In this document: positions 30,981-41,294 of the stretch, one piece after another | Layout of the letters: the number at the start of each line of letters is the position of its first letter | Position numbering within the stretch: the first letter of the stretch is position 1 | Assembly (NCBI GenBank): GCA_031431875.1 | Contig: JANPEF010000040.1 | Location: 1-60,187 of the forward strand | From: Candidatus Eiseniibacteriota bacterium | GTDB taxonomy: Bacteria > Eisenbacteria > RBG-16-71-46 > DASYSL01 | Reading direction: 5' to 3' | Length of the DNA: 60,187 bases | Notes under the pieces: generated by a model | Told to the model about the DNA's origin: nothing | The model's input: the letters and a program-made list of their open reading frames with translations, nothing else | The model's database searches: none | Translations under genes and position numbers: made by a program

Positions 30981-32213
30981 TCAGCGGGCGACGCAGGTGG
31001 CGCGCGCGGCCGCGAGCTCGGAGAAGTGAGGCCCCGCGGAGCGGAAGACCTGCATGAAGTCGGTCCCTCCCGCGGGCAGCCCGAGGCGTCCGACGGTGAT
31101 CGCGCCCTTCGACACGTCGACGTCCTTGCCCAGGTCCTTGCCGTCGTGGCGCATGGCGTCCGTGAAGGTGTGCGTCGTGCCGCGCTGCTCCATGCGGAGT
31201 CGCGCCTCGACCCGCCCATCGCCGTCGGCATCGACGTCCTCGACCATCGCGGCGTCGCTCAGGCCATCGAAGTCGTCGTCGGCCACGATGGCGACCGTGG
31301 GTTGCTGCGCGTTGCCGATGAACGGATGCACGCCCCGATTGACGACGACGAGGTCGGGACGTCCGTCCCCGTTGCGGTCAAAGGTAACGCCATACTCCGC
31401 CGGCGCGGGGTCGGCGAGGCTGTCCGGCGCGGGCGGCCCGGTGATCTGGAAGAAGTCGCCGTCGCCGGCGGCCGCCATCGCGTAGCCCAGGTGGCTGGCT
31501 CCACGCGGACCCTCGGGGCGCGTCGTCCAGCACAGTTTCTGGGCCGAGTCGACGCGCGCGGCGAACGCCAGCGCGCGCGCATCGAGCCAGGCGTCGGCCA
31601 GGTCCCCGGCGAGGCCCTTGCCCTGTTCACGGAGCGAGCGGGCGAGCGTGCGCGCGTCGGCCACGCGCTCGAGCGAGGTGGCGCGCAGCGGCGTCGTCTC
31701 CTCGTAGATGACGAGGAACGCGGTGCGGCGGCGTGGGAAATCGGGATGAAGCGCGTACCAGCGCCACGACGAGCCCCGCAGCGTCGACGTGCTCAGGTCG
31801 ACCCGGAACCCGCGCCAGGCGAGACCGCCCGCGATGAGCATGGAGTCGGGCTGGAACTCGCCGCGCTCGACGTCATTGCGTCCGTCGAGCGTCTCGCGGA
31901 CGCTCGCCCGGGCGCGGCGCAGCAGGACCGAGTACGCCGCGGCACGGTCCGGCGCCAGCACGCCCTCGTAGTCGACGCGGAGCAGCGCCTGCGCCTGGCC
32001 CGGCTTGCCGATCGACCACGTCATCAAGCCGGCCGGCTCCAGGCCCGTCGTGCGAAGCCACGGTTTCGCGGGCGCTGCGACGGCATAGGCGTCGGTCGCC
32101 GTCGGTGCGGACTTCTCGGCGGCCACGGCCGGGGCGCCGAGTCCAAGGCTGACGACGAAGGCGACGAGGAGCCGCGCAGCCGTCGATCCCGCGGCGGAAC
32201 GGGCGCGCTTCAA
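30981..32213 (-). CDS. Secreted hypothetical protein with DxDxDG-type loops
   Basis: TTG start overlapping the sppA TGA, GAGGAG RBS, signal peptide; DRNGDG, DDDFDG, DADGDG. Confidence 0.6.
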   Translation of the reverse strand: MKRARSAAGSTAARLLVAFVVSLGLGAPAVAAEKSAPTATDAYAVAAPAKPWLRTTGLEPAGLMTWSIGKPGQAQALLRVDYEGVLAPDRAAAYSVLLRRARASVRETLDGRNDVERGEFQPDSMLIAGGLAWRGFRVDLSTSTLRGSSWRWYALHPDFPRRRTAFLVIYEETTPLRATSLERVADARTLARSLREQGKGLAGDLADAWLDARALAFAARVDSAQKLCWTTRPEGPRGASHLGYAMAAAGDGDFFQITGPPAPDSLADPAPAEYGVTFDRNGDGRPDLVVVNRGVHPFIGNAQQPTVAIVADDDFDGLSDAAMVEDVDADGDGRVEARLRMEQRGTTHTFTDAMRHDGKDLGKDVDVSKGAITVGRLGLPAGGTDFMQVFRSAGPHFSELAAARATCVAR

Positions 32214-33955
32214 GGCAGCAACGTCTCCTCGATGGCGAGATCGCCGACCGTGAGCGCCGTCGTGCTCTCGATCGTCTCGTCGACGGCGACCTCGGCCTCG
32301 TGCCAGATCGCGCGTGCGAGGATGCGGCGCGCCATCATGAAGTCGCCGGACTGCAGCGCCTCGACGAAAGTCTGCTGCTTCGGATAGTGCACCTCGCTGA
32401 TCTTCTCGCCGGCTTTCGCGCCTGCCATCGAGGCCGCGATCGCGATTGCGTCGTCGAGCGTGCCGAGCGAGTCGACGAGGCCGCGCGCCAGCGCCTGCCG
32501 CCCGGTCCATACGCGCCCGCGCCCGATCGTGTCGACTTGCGTGAACGTCATGCCGCGCACCCGGGCGATGTCCGCGACCCACTCGTTGTAGCCCTTCCAG
32601 TGCTGGCGGACGACGATCGACTCCTCCTCGGCGCTCCACGGGCCGACCAGCGAGGTCATGGTCGCGTGCGGACCGTAGGTGATGCGGTCATAGGTCAGGC
32701 CGAGCTTGCCCATGAGCCCGGCGGCGTTCGGGACCGAGAAGATCGAGCCGATCGAGCCGGTGCGCGTGGCCGGGTTGGCGACCAGCATCGAGCACGGGTA
32801 GGAGATCATGTAGCCGCCGGATGCGGCCGCGTCGCCCATCGAGACGACGAGCGGCTTCTTCGCCTCGAGCATCGCCACCTGGTGACGAATGATGTCGCTC
32901 GTGTAGGTCGCGCCCCCCGGGCTGTCGACGCGGAACACCACGGCGTCGACCGTCTTGTCGTCGGCGACGCGCCGCAGTTCCTTGTTGATCGTCTCGGAGC
33001 CCATCGTGTTCCCGCCGAGGATCGGGTTCGGGCCGGACTTGGCGCCGCCGATGGCCCCCTGCGCGTGAATCACCGCGATCTTCGTCTTGCCCCGCAAGCC
33101 GACCGACGCGGCCGTGACCGCCGCGTACGTCGACCCCGTGACGATCAGGTTCTTGCCCTTGGCGACGTCGGGGCCCTGCCAGCGATCCTTGAGGTCGTTC
33201 CAGTAGACGACGTCGTCGATCAGGCCCGACGCCTTCGCCTCGACGGCGCGCGGGCCGACCTCGGCGAGGCGCGCGTCGAACCAGGCGGCATCCTGCTTGC
33301 GATCGGCGATCACGGCGTCGCGCACCATCGCCATCGTCTCGTCGAGGATCCACTGCGCGTTCTCGCGTGCCGCGGGAGACATGTCGGTGCGGATGTCGAT
33401 CTCGCCGGCGGCCTTGTAGGCCTCGATCTTGTGCACGCGGAAGGTGACGCCCAGCTTGTCCCACATGGCCTTGTGGAACTGCCGTTCGGCGTTGACGCCG
33501 TTGAAGACGATGATCGCGTCCGGGGCCGTGAGGATCGAGTCGCACGCGGAGGCGAGGTAATAGTTGCGGAAGGTGAGCCAGTCGCAATAGGCGTACACCG
33601 GCTTGCCCGCGGCGCGGACCCGCGCGATCTCCTGGCGCAGCTCGCCCATCTTGGCCCAGCCCGCATCGGTGATGCCGAGCTGGAGCACGACGCGATCGAT
33701 GCGCTTGTCGACGACCGCCTTGCGCAGGTTCATGCGCAGGTCGTGCAGGGTCGTCTCGGGATCGCCGAACGGCGCCTCGCTGCCGGACGGGAAGTCGGGC
33801 AGGGAGGCCGGCACCGTCAGGAGCAGCGTGGAGTGCGCCGGAATCGTGGTCTTCTTCCCGCCGGCGGCGATCAGCCCGAGGAGGAGAATGCCGCCGACGA
33901 TGAAGAGCAGCAGCGCGAACAGCGAGGCGAACACCATCTTGATGAAACCGCCCAT
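32210..33955 (-). CDS. sppA: Signal peptide peptidase SppA (long form)
   Basis: N-terminal [45 protein letters not shown]. Confidence 0.92.
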   Translation of the reverse strand: MGGFIKMVFASLFALLLFIVGGILLLGLIAAGGKKTTIPAHSTLLLTVPASLPDFPSGSEAPFGDPETTLHDLRMNLRKAVVDKRIDRVVLQLGITDAGWAKMGELRQEIARVRAAGKPVYAYCDWLTFRNYYLASACDSILTAPDAIIVFNGVNAERQFHKAMWDKLGVTFRVHKIEAYKAAGEIDIRTDMSPAARENAQWILDETMAMVRDAVIADRKQDAAWFDARLAEVGPRAVEAKASGLIDDVVYWNDLKDRWQGPDVAKGKNLIVTGSTYAAVTAASVGLRGKTKIAVIHAQGAIGGAKSGPNPILGGNTMGSETINKELRRVADDKTVDAVVFRVDSPGGATYTSDIIRHQVAMLEAKKPLVVSMGDAAASGGYMISYPCSMLVANPATRTGSIGSIFSVPNAAGLMGKLGLTYDRITYGPHATMTSLVGPWSAEEESIVVRQHWKGYNEWVADIARVRGMTFTQVDTIGRGRVWTGRQALARGLVDSLGTLDDAIAIAASMAGAKAGEKISEVHYPKQQTFVEALQSGDFMMARRILARAIWHEAEVAVDETIESTTALTVGDLAIEETLLP

Positions 33956-34062
33956 GACGACCTCCGGTAACGACGATGTGGCGCGGGACCCGCGACGGGA
34001 CGCGGGGCCCGCCGTGCTCCCGGACTCTACCGCACGGGGCGCGGGCGGGGTAGTGTCCGGAC

Positions 34063-35508
34063 ATGATCTCGACACCTGCCACCCCGCCGCTGGATCCCAC
34101 GCCCGCCGAGCTCGAGCGCTGGCTCGCTCTCGCGGGCTCGTTCGTCGTCGACCACGTCGCGCGCCTCGCGAGCATGCCGTCATTTGCCACCGAAGGCGCG
34201 CCCGCCGCCGTCGCCGCACTGAGCTTTCCCGCGCCCGAGGCCGGGCGCTCGCTCGAGGAGGCGCTGGCGCTGCTTCGGCCCGCGATCGAGGCGTCGTTCA
34301 ACACCGCCGGGCCGGGGTACCTCGCGTTCATCCCGGGCGGGGGTCTCCCGTCAGCGGGTGTCGCCGACCTGGTCGCCTGCCTGACCAATCGCTTCGTCAA
34401 CGTGACGGCGGCCGCACCGGCGCTCGCCCGGCTCGAGGGGATCACGCTCGGCTGGCTGGCCGACCTCATGGGCTATCCGTCGACCGCCGGTGGCATCTTC
34501 ACCAGCGGCGGGTCGCTGTCGAACTTCGCCGCGATCGTCGCTGCGCGCGAGGCGAAGCTCGATGAGGACTTCCACGACGGCGTGCTCTACTTCTCGACCG
34601 AGACGCACGCGTGCGTGATGAAGGCGGCGCGCCTGGCCGGGTTCCCGCAGCGTGCCCTGCGCCGCATCCCGACCGACGCGCGCCGGCGCATGGATCCCGC
34701 GGCGCTGTCCGCGGCGATCGTCGCCGATCGCGCGGCCGGACTGCGTCCGTTCCTCATCGTCGCCAACGCCGGCACCACGAACACCGGCGCGATCGATCCC
34801 TTGCCCGCGATCGCGGCGATCGCGCGCGAGCACGGCCTGTGGGCGCACGCCGACGCCGCGTATGGCGGATTCTTCCGCCTCGCGCCGGCGGGCGCGGCGG
34901 CGCTGGCCGGCATCGAGCAGTACGACTCGATGACGCTCGATCCGCACAAGTGCCTGTTCCTGCCGTACGGCACCGGCGTGCTGCTGGTGCGCGACCCGAA
35001 GGCGCTGGAGAGGGCACACGCCAGCGAGGCGTCTTACCTGCAGGACGTCGCCGCCGCGGCCGGGCAGGCCAATTTCACGGATCTCTCGCCCGAGCTATCG
35101 CGTGACTTCCGTGGACTGCGCGTGTGGCTGCCGCTGGTGATGCACGGCGTGCAGGCGTTCCGCGACGCGCTCGAGGAGAAGCTGGTACTCACGCGCAGCG
35201 CGGCCGCACGGATCGCCGCCGAGCCGCTGTTCTCCCTGGTCGACGATCCGCAGCTGTCGATCGTCGCCTTCACCGCAGAGCCGCCGTCCGGCGACGCCGA
35301 CCGCTTCGGCGAGGAGATCCTGCAGCGGGTGAACGCGCGTCGACGCGTGTTCCTGTCGAGCACGCGGCTCGAGGGGCGCTACGTCCTGCGCATCTGCACG
35401 GTGAGCTTCCGCACCCACGCGGAGCGCGTCGATGACGCGGTCGAGGCGCTGATCGAGGAAGCACGCGCACTCGCCGCCACGCCGCCCTACGCCGCGGGCG
35501 GGCGCTGA
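34063..35508 (+). CDS. Group II PLP-dependent decarboxylase (second paralogue)
   Basis: SGGSLSN, GTTNTGAID, HADAAYGG, DPHKCLF, ELSRDFRGL. Confidence 0.88.
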   Translation: MISTPATPPLDPTPAELERWLALAGSFVVDHVARLASMPSFATEGAPAAVAALSFPAPEAGRSLEEALALLRPAIEASFNTAGPGYLAFIPGGGLPSAGVADLVACLTNRFVNVTAAAPALARLEGITLGWLADLMGYPSTAGGIFTSGGSLSNFAAIVAAREAKLDEDFHDGVLYFSTETHACVMKAARLAGFPQRALRRIPTDARRRMDPAALSAAIVADRAAGLRPFLIVANAGTTNTGAIDPLPAIAAIAREHGLWAHADAAYGGFFRLAPAGAAALAGIEQYDSMTLDPHKCLFLPYGTGVLLVRDPKALERAHASEASYLQDVAAAAGQANFTDLSPELSRDFRGLRVWLPLVMHGVQAFRDALEEKLVLTRSAAARIAAEPLFSLVDDPQLSIVAFTAEPPSGDADRFGEEILQRVNARRRVFLSSTRLEGRYVLRICTVSFRTHAERVDDAVEALIEEARALAATPPYAAGGR

Positions 35509-35661
35509 CGATTCACGGGGAGAAACATGACATCAATATGGCAGGGCCCGCTTTGCGCTCCGCCTGCGCGGGAGTAGGGTCATCTGCAGCCCTCCTCGAA
35601 CGCGATCCCCGGCCGGTGCGTGCCCGCCCCGACGCCGGCGATGGTCGCCCGAAAGGAAACC

Positions 35662-37005
35662 ATGCACGCCGAAGCCGGCCCGAGCTGGACTCGCTCGCCG
35701 TTGTTTCGTCTCGCCTTCCTCGCCCTTCTCGTCGTTTTGCTGCAGGTTCCGATCTTCGCCATCTCGTTGCTCGTCGCCGAGCGACAACAGCGCCGTGACG
35801 GCGCCGTCACCGAGGTCTCGTCGAAATGGGGGCGCGCGCAGTCGATCGTCGGGCCCGTGCTCGTCGTGCCGCATCGCGTGCGCGACGTGTTCGACGACCC
35901 GGCGGGCCGACGCACGACGCGCGAACGCATCGAACGCGCGGTGTTCCTGCCGGAACGGCTGAGTGCAACCGGCAAGCTCACGCCCGCGACGCGGCACCGC
36001 GGCATCTTCTCCATCCCGGTCTACGATCTCGATCTCGCCATGACGGGGGATTTCGTAGCGCCGGACTTCGCGTCGCTCGGGATCGATCCCGAGAGCGTCG
36101 TGCGCGACGGCGTTCATCTTGCGATCGGAATCTCCGACGTGCGTGCGGTGCAGCGGCAGGTCGACTTGACGTGGGGCGGGGGTGCGGTCGCGTTTCTCCC
36201 CGGGACCGGTGACTTCCGCGGTGCGAAAGCCGGGCTGCACGCGCCGGTGGCGCTACCGGCGGGCGACACGCCGCTCACCTTCTCGTTTCCATTGCGCCTG
36301 CACGGCACGATCGGCTTCGCCATGTCCCCGGCGGCGAAGCAGACGGACGTGCGGCTCAGCTCCCCCTGGCCGAGTCCCAGCTTCCAGGGCGACTGGCTTC
36401 CGGCGAGGCAGGCGGTCGGCGCCGACGGCTTCACGGCCGAGTGGTCGATTCCGTACCTGGGGAGAAACGTTCCGCAGCAGTGGACGTCGCCCGAGGAACA
36501 GGGCGAGAAGCTCGCCGCGGCGCGCTTCGGCGTCGACCTGCTGCAGACGGTGGACGCTTACCGCATGACCTCGCGCAGCGTGAGTTATGCGACGCTGTTC
36601 ATCGTCATGACGCTGCTCGCGGTGTGGCTGGCCGAGGTGCTCGCCCGGATCAGTGTCCATCCGATCCAGTCACTGCTCCTGTGCTCGGCCGTGTGCGTGT
36701 TCTACCTGCTGGAGCTGTCGCTCGCGGAGCACCTGGGGTTCGTTCCCGCCTACCTCGCGGCGGCGACCGCGATCACGCTGATGATCGGGGCGTACGGGAG
36801 CGTCGCGCTGCGCAGCCTGCGACGGGGGGTGGCGCTCGGCGTGGGAATCGCCGTGCTGTACGGGTTTCTCTACGTCGTCCTCGTGGCCGAGGACTACGCG
36901 CTCCTGCTCGGCTCGATCGGGCTGTTCGTCCTGCTTGCCGCGGTCATGATTGCGACACGCCGCGTGGACTGGGAGCGGCTGGAGGTGCGTCCGACGGCGG
37001 CCTGA
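35662..37005 (+). CDS. creD: Inner membrane protein CreD
   Basis: ERQQRR..WGRAQSIVGP, RGIFSIPVY, WPSPSFQG, HPIQ, LSLAEHLGF, EDYALLLGS, TRRVDW. Confidence 0.88.
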   Translation: MHAEAGPSWTRSPLFRLAFLALLVVLLQVPIFAISLLVAERQQRRDGAVTEVSSKWGRAQSIVGPVLVVPHRVRDVFDDPAGRRTTRERIERAVFLPERLSATGKLTPATRHRGIFSIPVYDLDLAMTGDFVAPDFASLGIDPESVVRDGVHLAIGISDVRAVQRQVDLTWGGGAVAFLPGTGDFRGAKAGLHAPVALPAGDTPLTFSFPLRLHGTIGFAMSPAAKQTDVRLSSPWPSPSFQGDWLPARQAVGADGFTAEWSIPYLGRNVPQQWTSPEEQGEKLAAARFGVDLLQTVDAYRMTSRSVSYATLFIVMTLLAVWLAEVLARISVHPIQSLLLCSAVCVFYLLELSLAEHLGFVPAYLAAATAITLMIGAYGSVALRSLRRGVALGVGIAVLYGFLYVVLVAEDYALLLGSIGLFVLLAAVMIATRRVDWERLEVRPTAA

Positions 37006-37018
37006 GTCGGTGCGCGGA

Positions 37019-37999
37019 CTACGCGCGGAACATCTCGGAAATGGTCGGGCTCCGGCGCCACGCCTGGTAGACGCGGCCGGGGAGCGGTCGCCCCAGTGCG
37101 GTCTCGATGGGGGCGGCCGCCTCGACCAGCTTCTTCATGTCGATGCCGGTGCGGATGCCGAGCCCGTGCAGCAGGTAGACGACGTCCTCGGTGGCCACGT
37201 TGCCCGTCGCGCCCGGCGCGAACGGGCAACCGCCGAGGCCGCCCGCCGATGCGTCGAAGATCCTGACTCCCAGCAGCAGCCCCGCCATCACGTTGACCAG
37301 TGCCGTGCCGCGCGTGTCGTGCATGTGCAACGCGACCTGGTCGCGGGGCACGCGCGCGCCGATCGCGCCGAGCACGTCGCCCACGCCCGCCGGCGTCGCG
37401 ACACCGATCGTGTCGCCGAGCGAGAGTTCGTCGATCCCCAGGTTCCACAGGCGCACCGCGACGTCGGCGGCCTTCACCGGGTCGATCCGTCCCTCGTACG
37501 GGCAGCCGAACACGGTCGACAGGTAGCCGCGCACCCACAGGCCCTTCGCCTTCGCGTCGCGCACGACCGGTTCGAACGCGGCGATCGACTCGTCGATGCC
37601 CATGCCGATGTTCTTCTGGTTGAACGTCTCGCTGGCCGCGGTGAACACCGCGATCGCCCGCGCATTCGCCGTGAGCGCCCGCTCGAGGCCCTTCGCGTTC
37701 GGGACCAGCACGAGGAAGCGCGCCTCGGCCGTGCCGGGTGCGCGCGCCTCGATCGCCCGATCGATCGCGGCGAGCACCTCCTCGGTGCCCGCCATCTGCG
37801 GCACGCGGTCGGGGCGGACGAACGCGCCCACCTCGATGTCGCTGACGCCGGCCGCCGCGAGGGCGAGCGCGAACGTGGCCCGCGCCTCGGCCGACAGCGG
37901 CGTGGCCTCGTTCTGCAGCCCGTCGCGCGGGCCGACTTCGACGATACGCGCGCCGGCGGGCCACGGCCCGGCCGACTGTGCGGCGGGATGGACGCTCAT
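37019..37999 (-). CDS. hmgL: Hydroxymethylglutaryl-CoA lyase
   Basis: EVGPRDGLQNE, FGCPYEG, LGDTIG, HMHDT, GGLGGCPFAPGATGNVATED. Confidence 0.93.
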   Translation of the reverse strand: MSVHPAAQSAGPWPAGARIVEVGPRDGLQNEATPLSAEARATFALALAAAGVSDIEVGAFVRPDRVPQMAGTEEVLAAIDRAIEARAPGTAEARFLVLVPNAKGLERALTANARAIAVFTAASETFNQKNIGMGIDESIAAFEPVVRDAKAKGLWVRGYLSTVFGCPYEGRIDPVKAADVAVRLWNLGIDELSLGDTIGVATPAGVGDVLGAIGARVPRDQVALHMHDTRGTALVNVMAGLLLGVRIFDASAGGLGGCPFAPGATGNVATEDVVYLLHGLGIRTGIDMKKLVEAAAPIETALGRPLPGRVYQAWRRSPTISEMFRA

Positions 38000-38487
38000 G
38001 ACATCGGCTCCAGCGCGACGAGGACGGCGCCCGCGGCGACCAGTACACCGGGCACCGCATCGACGCTCGCCACGACGCCGTCGCGCGGCGCGGTGAGCCC
38101 CAGTTCCATCTTCATCGACTCGACGACCACGAGCGTCTGCCCTTCCGTCACCGCATCCCCCTTTGCCACGTTCACGCGCACGACCTTCGCGGGCATCGGC
38201 GTGGCGAGCGTGTCACTATCCCGGGCGGAGCCCGACGGGCCCGAGGCGCGACCTTCCTCTTCGACGACGTGGCGATCGGAATCGATCCAGATCTCGAGCT
38301 GTCCACCCGCGCCGCGCACGACGTGCGCCTGGGTGCGCATGCCCGCGATCTCGAGACCGAGGCGCGAGCCGTCCCAGCGCCGCGTCCCTTCGATGTGGCG
38401 GTCGTCTTCGCCGACGCGAAACGTCGTGCCGTGGAGCGCGAGCGTCACCTCGTGCCGATTGCCGTCGAGCCGGATCGTCTTCTTCAC
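37996..38487 (-). CDS. Biotin carboxyl carrier subunit (split MCC alpha C-terminus)
   Basis: TPMPAKV..ESMKME biotinylation motif; GTGA overlap and GGAGG RBS. Confidence 0.85.
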   Translation of the reverse strand: MKKTIRLDGNRHEVTLALHGTTFRVGEDDRHIEGTRRWDGSRLGLEIAGMRTQAHVVRGAGGQLEIWIDSDRHVVEEEGRASGPSGSARDSDTLATPMPAKVVRVNVAKGDAVTEGQTLVVVESMKMELGLTAPRDGVVASVDAVPGVLVAAGAVLVALEPMS

Positions 38488-40031
38488 GCGTCCTCCCCGC
38501 CACCGAGGCGGAAGCCCGCGAGAGCCGCCCACGGGCCGGGGTCGTCGGTCGCGCTGCTCGTAGCCACGGTCGCGCCCAGGCGCAGAGCTGTCGCCGCTTC
38601 GAACGAAGCGAGCGCCGCAGCCGCGATCAGCGAATCCGGCTGCATTGCGGCGGCCGGCTTGCGTGCCGCGCGCCACGCCGGGGCGATCGTCCGTTCGATC
38701 ATCGTCGTCGACAGGTCACCCGCCAGCACGGCCGCGTCCGCGGCAAGCGCGCGCAGGAACGGGAGGTTCGTCACCACGCCGGCGACCTCGGTCTCGGCGA
38801 GCGCGGCGCGCAGGCGCGCGAACGCGGCGCCGCGGTCGGGGCCCCACGCGGTGATCTTGGCGATCATCGGGTCGAAGTCGAGGCCGATCGCATCGCCCGC
38901 GCGCACGCCCGCGTCGACCCGCACGTCGGGCCCCGACGGCAGGCGCAGGAACGCGATCGGGCCGCTCTGCGGCAGGAAGTCGTGCGCCGGATCCTCGGCA
39001 TACAGTCGCGCCTCGACGGCGTGCCCGCGTGGCGCGGCGGGTTCGAGGTCGTCGGGCATCGGCACGCCGGCCGCGAGGTCGAGCTGGATCGCGACGATGT
39101 CGCGGCCCGTGACGAGCTCGGTGACGGGGTGCTCGACCTGGATGCGCGCGTTGATCTCGAGGAAGTAGAACGCGCCCGCTTCGTCGACCAGGAACTCGGC
39201 GGTGCCGACGCCGCGGTACTTCACCGCTGCGGCGATCGCCTTGGCCGCGCTCGTGAGCCTGGCGCGCAGTGCGGCATCGACACGGGCTCCGGGCGCCTCC
39301 TCGAGCACCTTCTGATGACGCCGCTGCAGCGAGCACTCGCGCTCGAGCAGGTGCCAGGCGCGGCCCTTGCCGTCGCCCAGGAACTGCACCTCGACGTGCC
39401 GCACCGGCTCGAGCCGCCGCTCCATGTAGACCGCGGCGTTGCCGAAGCTGGCCAGCGCCTCGCGCGCGGTGCCGGCGAGGCCCTCGTCGAGTTCGGCGAG
39501 GGAGTGGATCGTGCGCATGCCCTTGCCGCCACCGCCGCTCACCGCCTTGATGAGGAGCGGGAACCCGAGCGTGGTCGCCGCCGCGCTGGCCGCGGCGCGA
39601 TCGAGCGCGTCGCCCTCCCAGCCGGGGGCGACGGGCAGCCCGGCATTGCGCGCAGCCTCGCGCGCGCTCTTCTTGTCGCCGACCGCCTCCAGCGTCTCGG
39701 GGCGGGGGCCGAGGAACACGATTCCCGCGGCCTCGACCGCCGCCGCGAAGCGCGATTGCTCGGAGAGGAAGCCGTAGCCGGGGTGGATCGCGTCGGCGTT
39801 CGCCCGCGTCGCGGCCGCCACGACCTGTGCCATGTCGAGATACGCGGCGCGCGGATCATCGCCCGTGAGCTCGACCGCGACGTCGCACGCCTGGACATGG
39901 AGCGCGTCGCGGTCGACGGCATGGTGGACGGCGACGGAGCGCACCCCGCGCGCGCGCAGGGTGCGGGCGATGCGGACGGCGATCTCGCCGCGATTGGCGA
40001 TGAGGACGGTCGTGATGGGGCGGGAGGGCAT
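38484..40031 (-). CDS. mccA: Biotin carboxylase (3-methylcrotonyl-CoA carboxylase alpha)
   Basis: IANRGEIA, HPGYGFLSE, GGGGKGM, ERECSLQRRHQK, RIQVEHPVTE, DPMIAK. Confidence 0.88.
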   Translation of the reverse strand: MPSRPITTVLIANRGEIAVRIARTLRARGVRSVAVHHAVDRDALHVQACDVAVELTGDDPRAAYLDMAQVVAAATRANADAIHPGYGFLSEQSRFAAAVEAAGIVFLGPRPETLEAVGDKKSAREAARNAGLPVAPGWEGDALDRAAASAAATTLGFPLLIKAVSGGGGKGMRTIHSLAELDEGLAGTAREALASFGNAAVYMERRLEPVRHVEVQFLGDGKGRAWHLLERECSLQRRHQKVLEEAPGARVDAALRARLTSAAKAIAAAVKYRGVGTAEFLVDEAGAFYFLEINARIQVEHPVTELVTGRDIVAIQLDLAAGVPMPDDLEPAAPRGHAVEARLYAEDPAHDFLPQSGPIAFLRLPSGPDVRVDAGVRAGDAIGLDFDPMIAKITAWGPDRGAAFARLRAALAETEVAGVVTNLPFLRALAADAAVLAGDLSTTMIERTIAPAWRAARKPAAAMQPDSLIAAAALASFEAATALRLGATVATSSATDDPGPWAALAGFRLGGGEDA

Positions 40032-40103
40032 GATGGCCGGAGTCTAGGAGGGGGGCACCGGCGCGTCAATGCGCGGGGCCGCGCGACGGGACGGATCGGG
40101 TGC

Positions 40104-40228
40104 GAGCGGTTGTAAAGCCCGAGATGGAGACCTATGCTTCTGGATCAGCGTACGGTCCGTACGAATCGTACGAACCGTACGCCCTCCGAAAAGCCCACAG
40201 GTCCCTCCGGGCTTTACAACTCCCGCTC
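40104..40228. repeat. 125-bp imperfect palindrome with a central 4x CGTACG array
   Basis: GTTGTAAAGCCCG (40109-21) / CGGGCTTTACAAC (40208-20) perfect IR; inner GACCT/AGGTC and GCTT/AAGC; CGTACG at 40149, 40158, 40167, 40176. Confidence 0.85.
40110..40138 (+). promoter_or_regulatory. sigma70-type promoter for the phd-like gene
   Basis: TTGTAA-N17-TATGCT just upstream of the CGTACG array. Confidence 0.6.
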
Positions 40229-40245
40229 CCGCGGTCTCGAACACC

Positions 40246-40452
40246 ATGCTCAGACGAATCATTCACGCCGCAGACGCACGCGAGCGCTGGTCCGACGTGC
40301 TCAATCGCGTCTTCCATGCAGGCGAACGCGTGATCATCGTCCGTTACGGTCGCGAGGTCGCCGCGCTGATCCCGGTCGAGGACGTCGCCCTGCTCGACCA
40401 CCTCGCGGATGCCGCCGACGTGGGTACCGCGGCGCGTGACCGCCCGGAGGGC
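40246..40452 (+). pseudogene. Orphan Phd/YefM-family antitoxin lacking its own stop codon (frame open to 41376)
   Basis: IHAADARERWSDVLNRV..GERVIIVRYGREVAALIPVED pattern; runs antisense into the hydratase gene; no toxin gene. Confidence 0.65.
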
Positions 40453-41256
40453 CTAGGCCTCGGGCCGCGGCACCCACGGCGGCGGCACGCGATCGCGGAA
40501 CGAGGCGAGGCCGGCCTGGCCTTCGTCGCCCATGCGGGCCTCCGCGATCTGCTGCGGCGTCGAGGCGCGGTAGACCTCCCAGGTGAGATTCGCCGACTCG
40601 CGGATCATGCGCTTGATGCGGGCCTGCGCCTCGGGGCCCGCGGCGAGCATCTCGTCGGCGATCTTGACCACGACCGCGTCGAGTTCGTCGGCGCTGCAGC
40701 GCTCGGCGATGAGGCCGATGCGTCGCGCCTCGTGCGCGTCGAAGCGCTCGCCGCTGAGGAAGTAGCGGCGGGCGTGCGACGGGCCGATCTTGCGCAATGC
40801 GTAGGGCGAGATCACCGCGGGGACGATGCCGAGCCGCGTCTCGGAGAACGCGAACGTCGTGTCGTCGGAGGCGACCGCGACGTCGCAGCAGGCGATCAGG
40901 CCCACGCCGCCGCCCAGGCAGTGGCCGTGCACGCGCGCGATCACCGGCTTGGGCAGCGCGTCGAGCGCCTGGAACAGCCCGGCGAGCCCGTCGGCGTCGG
41001 CGCGGTTCTGCTCAAACGTGGCCGTACCCGAGGCTTGCATCTCGGCGATGTCGGCACCGGCGCAGAACGACTTGCCTTCGCCCTCGAGCACGATGACGCG
41101 CGCCTCGACGTCGGACTCGAGCACGGCCAGCGCGAGGCGCAGTTCCTCGATCATCTGCTTCGAGATGGCATTGCGCTCCGCCGCGCGCGTCAGGCGGAGG
41201 CGGCGGACGGGTCCGACGGCGCGGATGGCGACGGTGCCCCAAGTGTGGTCACGCAT
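40453..41256 (-). CDS. liuC: Enoyl-CoA hydratase (methylglutaconyl-CoA hydratase-like)
   Basis: RNAIS, FCAGAD, GGGVGL..CD, FSETRLGIVPAVISPY; leucine-pathway context. Confidence 0.85.
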   Translation of the reverse strand: MRDHTWGTVAIRAVGPVRRLRLTRAAERNAISKQMIEELRLALAVLESDVEARVIVLEGEGKSFCAGADIAEMQASGTATFEQNRADADGLAGLFQALDALPKPVIARVHGHCLGGGVGLIACCDVAVASDDTTFAFSETRLGIVPAVISPYALRKIGPSHARRYFLSGERFDAHEARRIGLIAERCSADELDAVVVKIADEMLAAGPEAQARIKRMIRESANLTWEVYRASTPQQIAEARMGDEGQAGLASFRDRVPPPWVPRPEA

Positions 41257-41294
41257 GCCGCGGACTCTAGCAGATTCCGCGCGACCGGCGTACG

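Noticed and set aside
40104..40228. Integron attC site
   Set aside because: Core order is GTT...AAC on both strands, the reverse of RYYYAAC...GTTRRRY, and no integrase is present.
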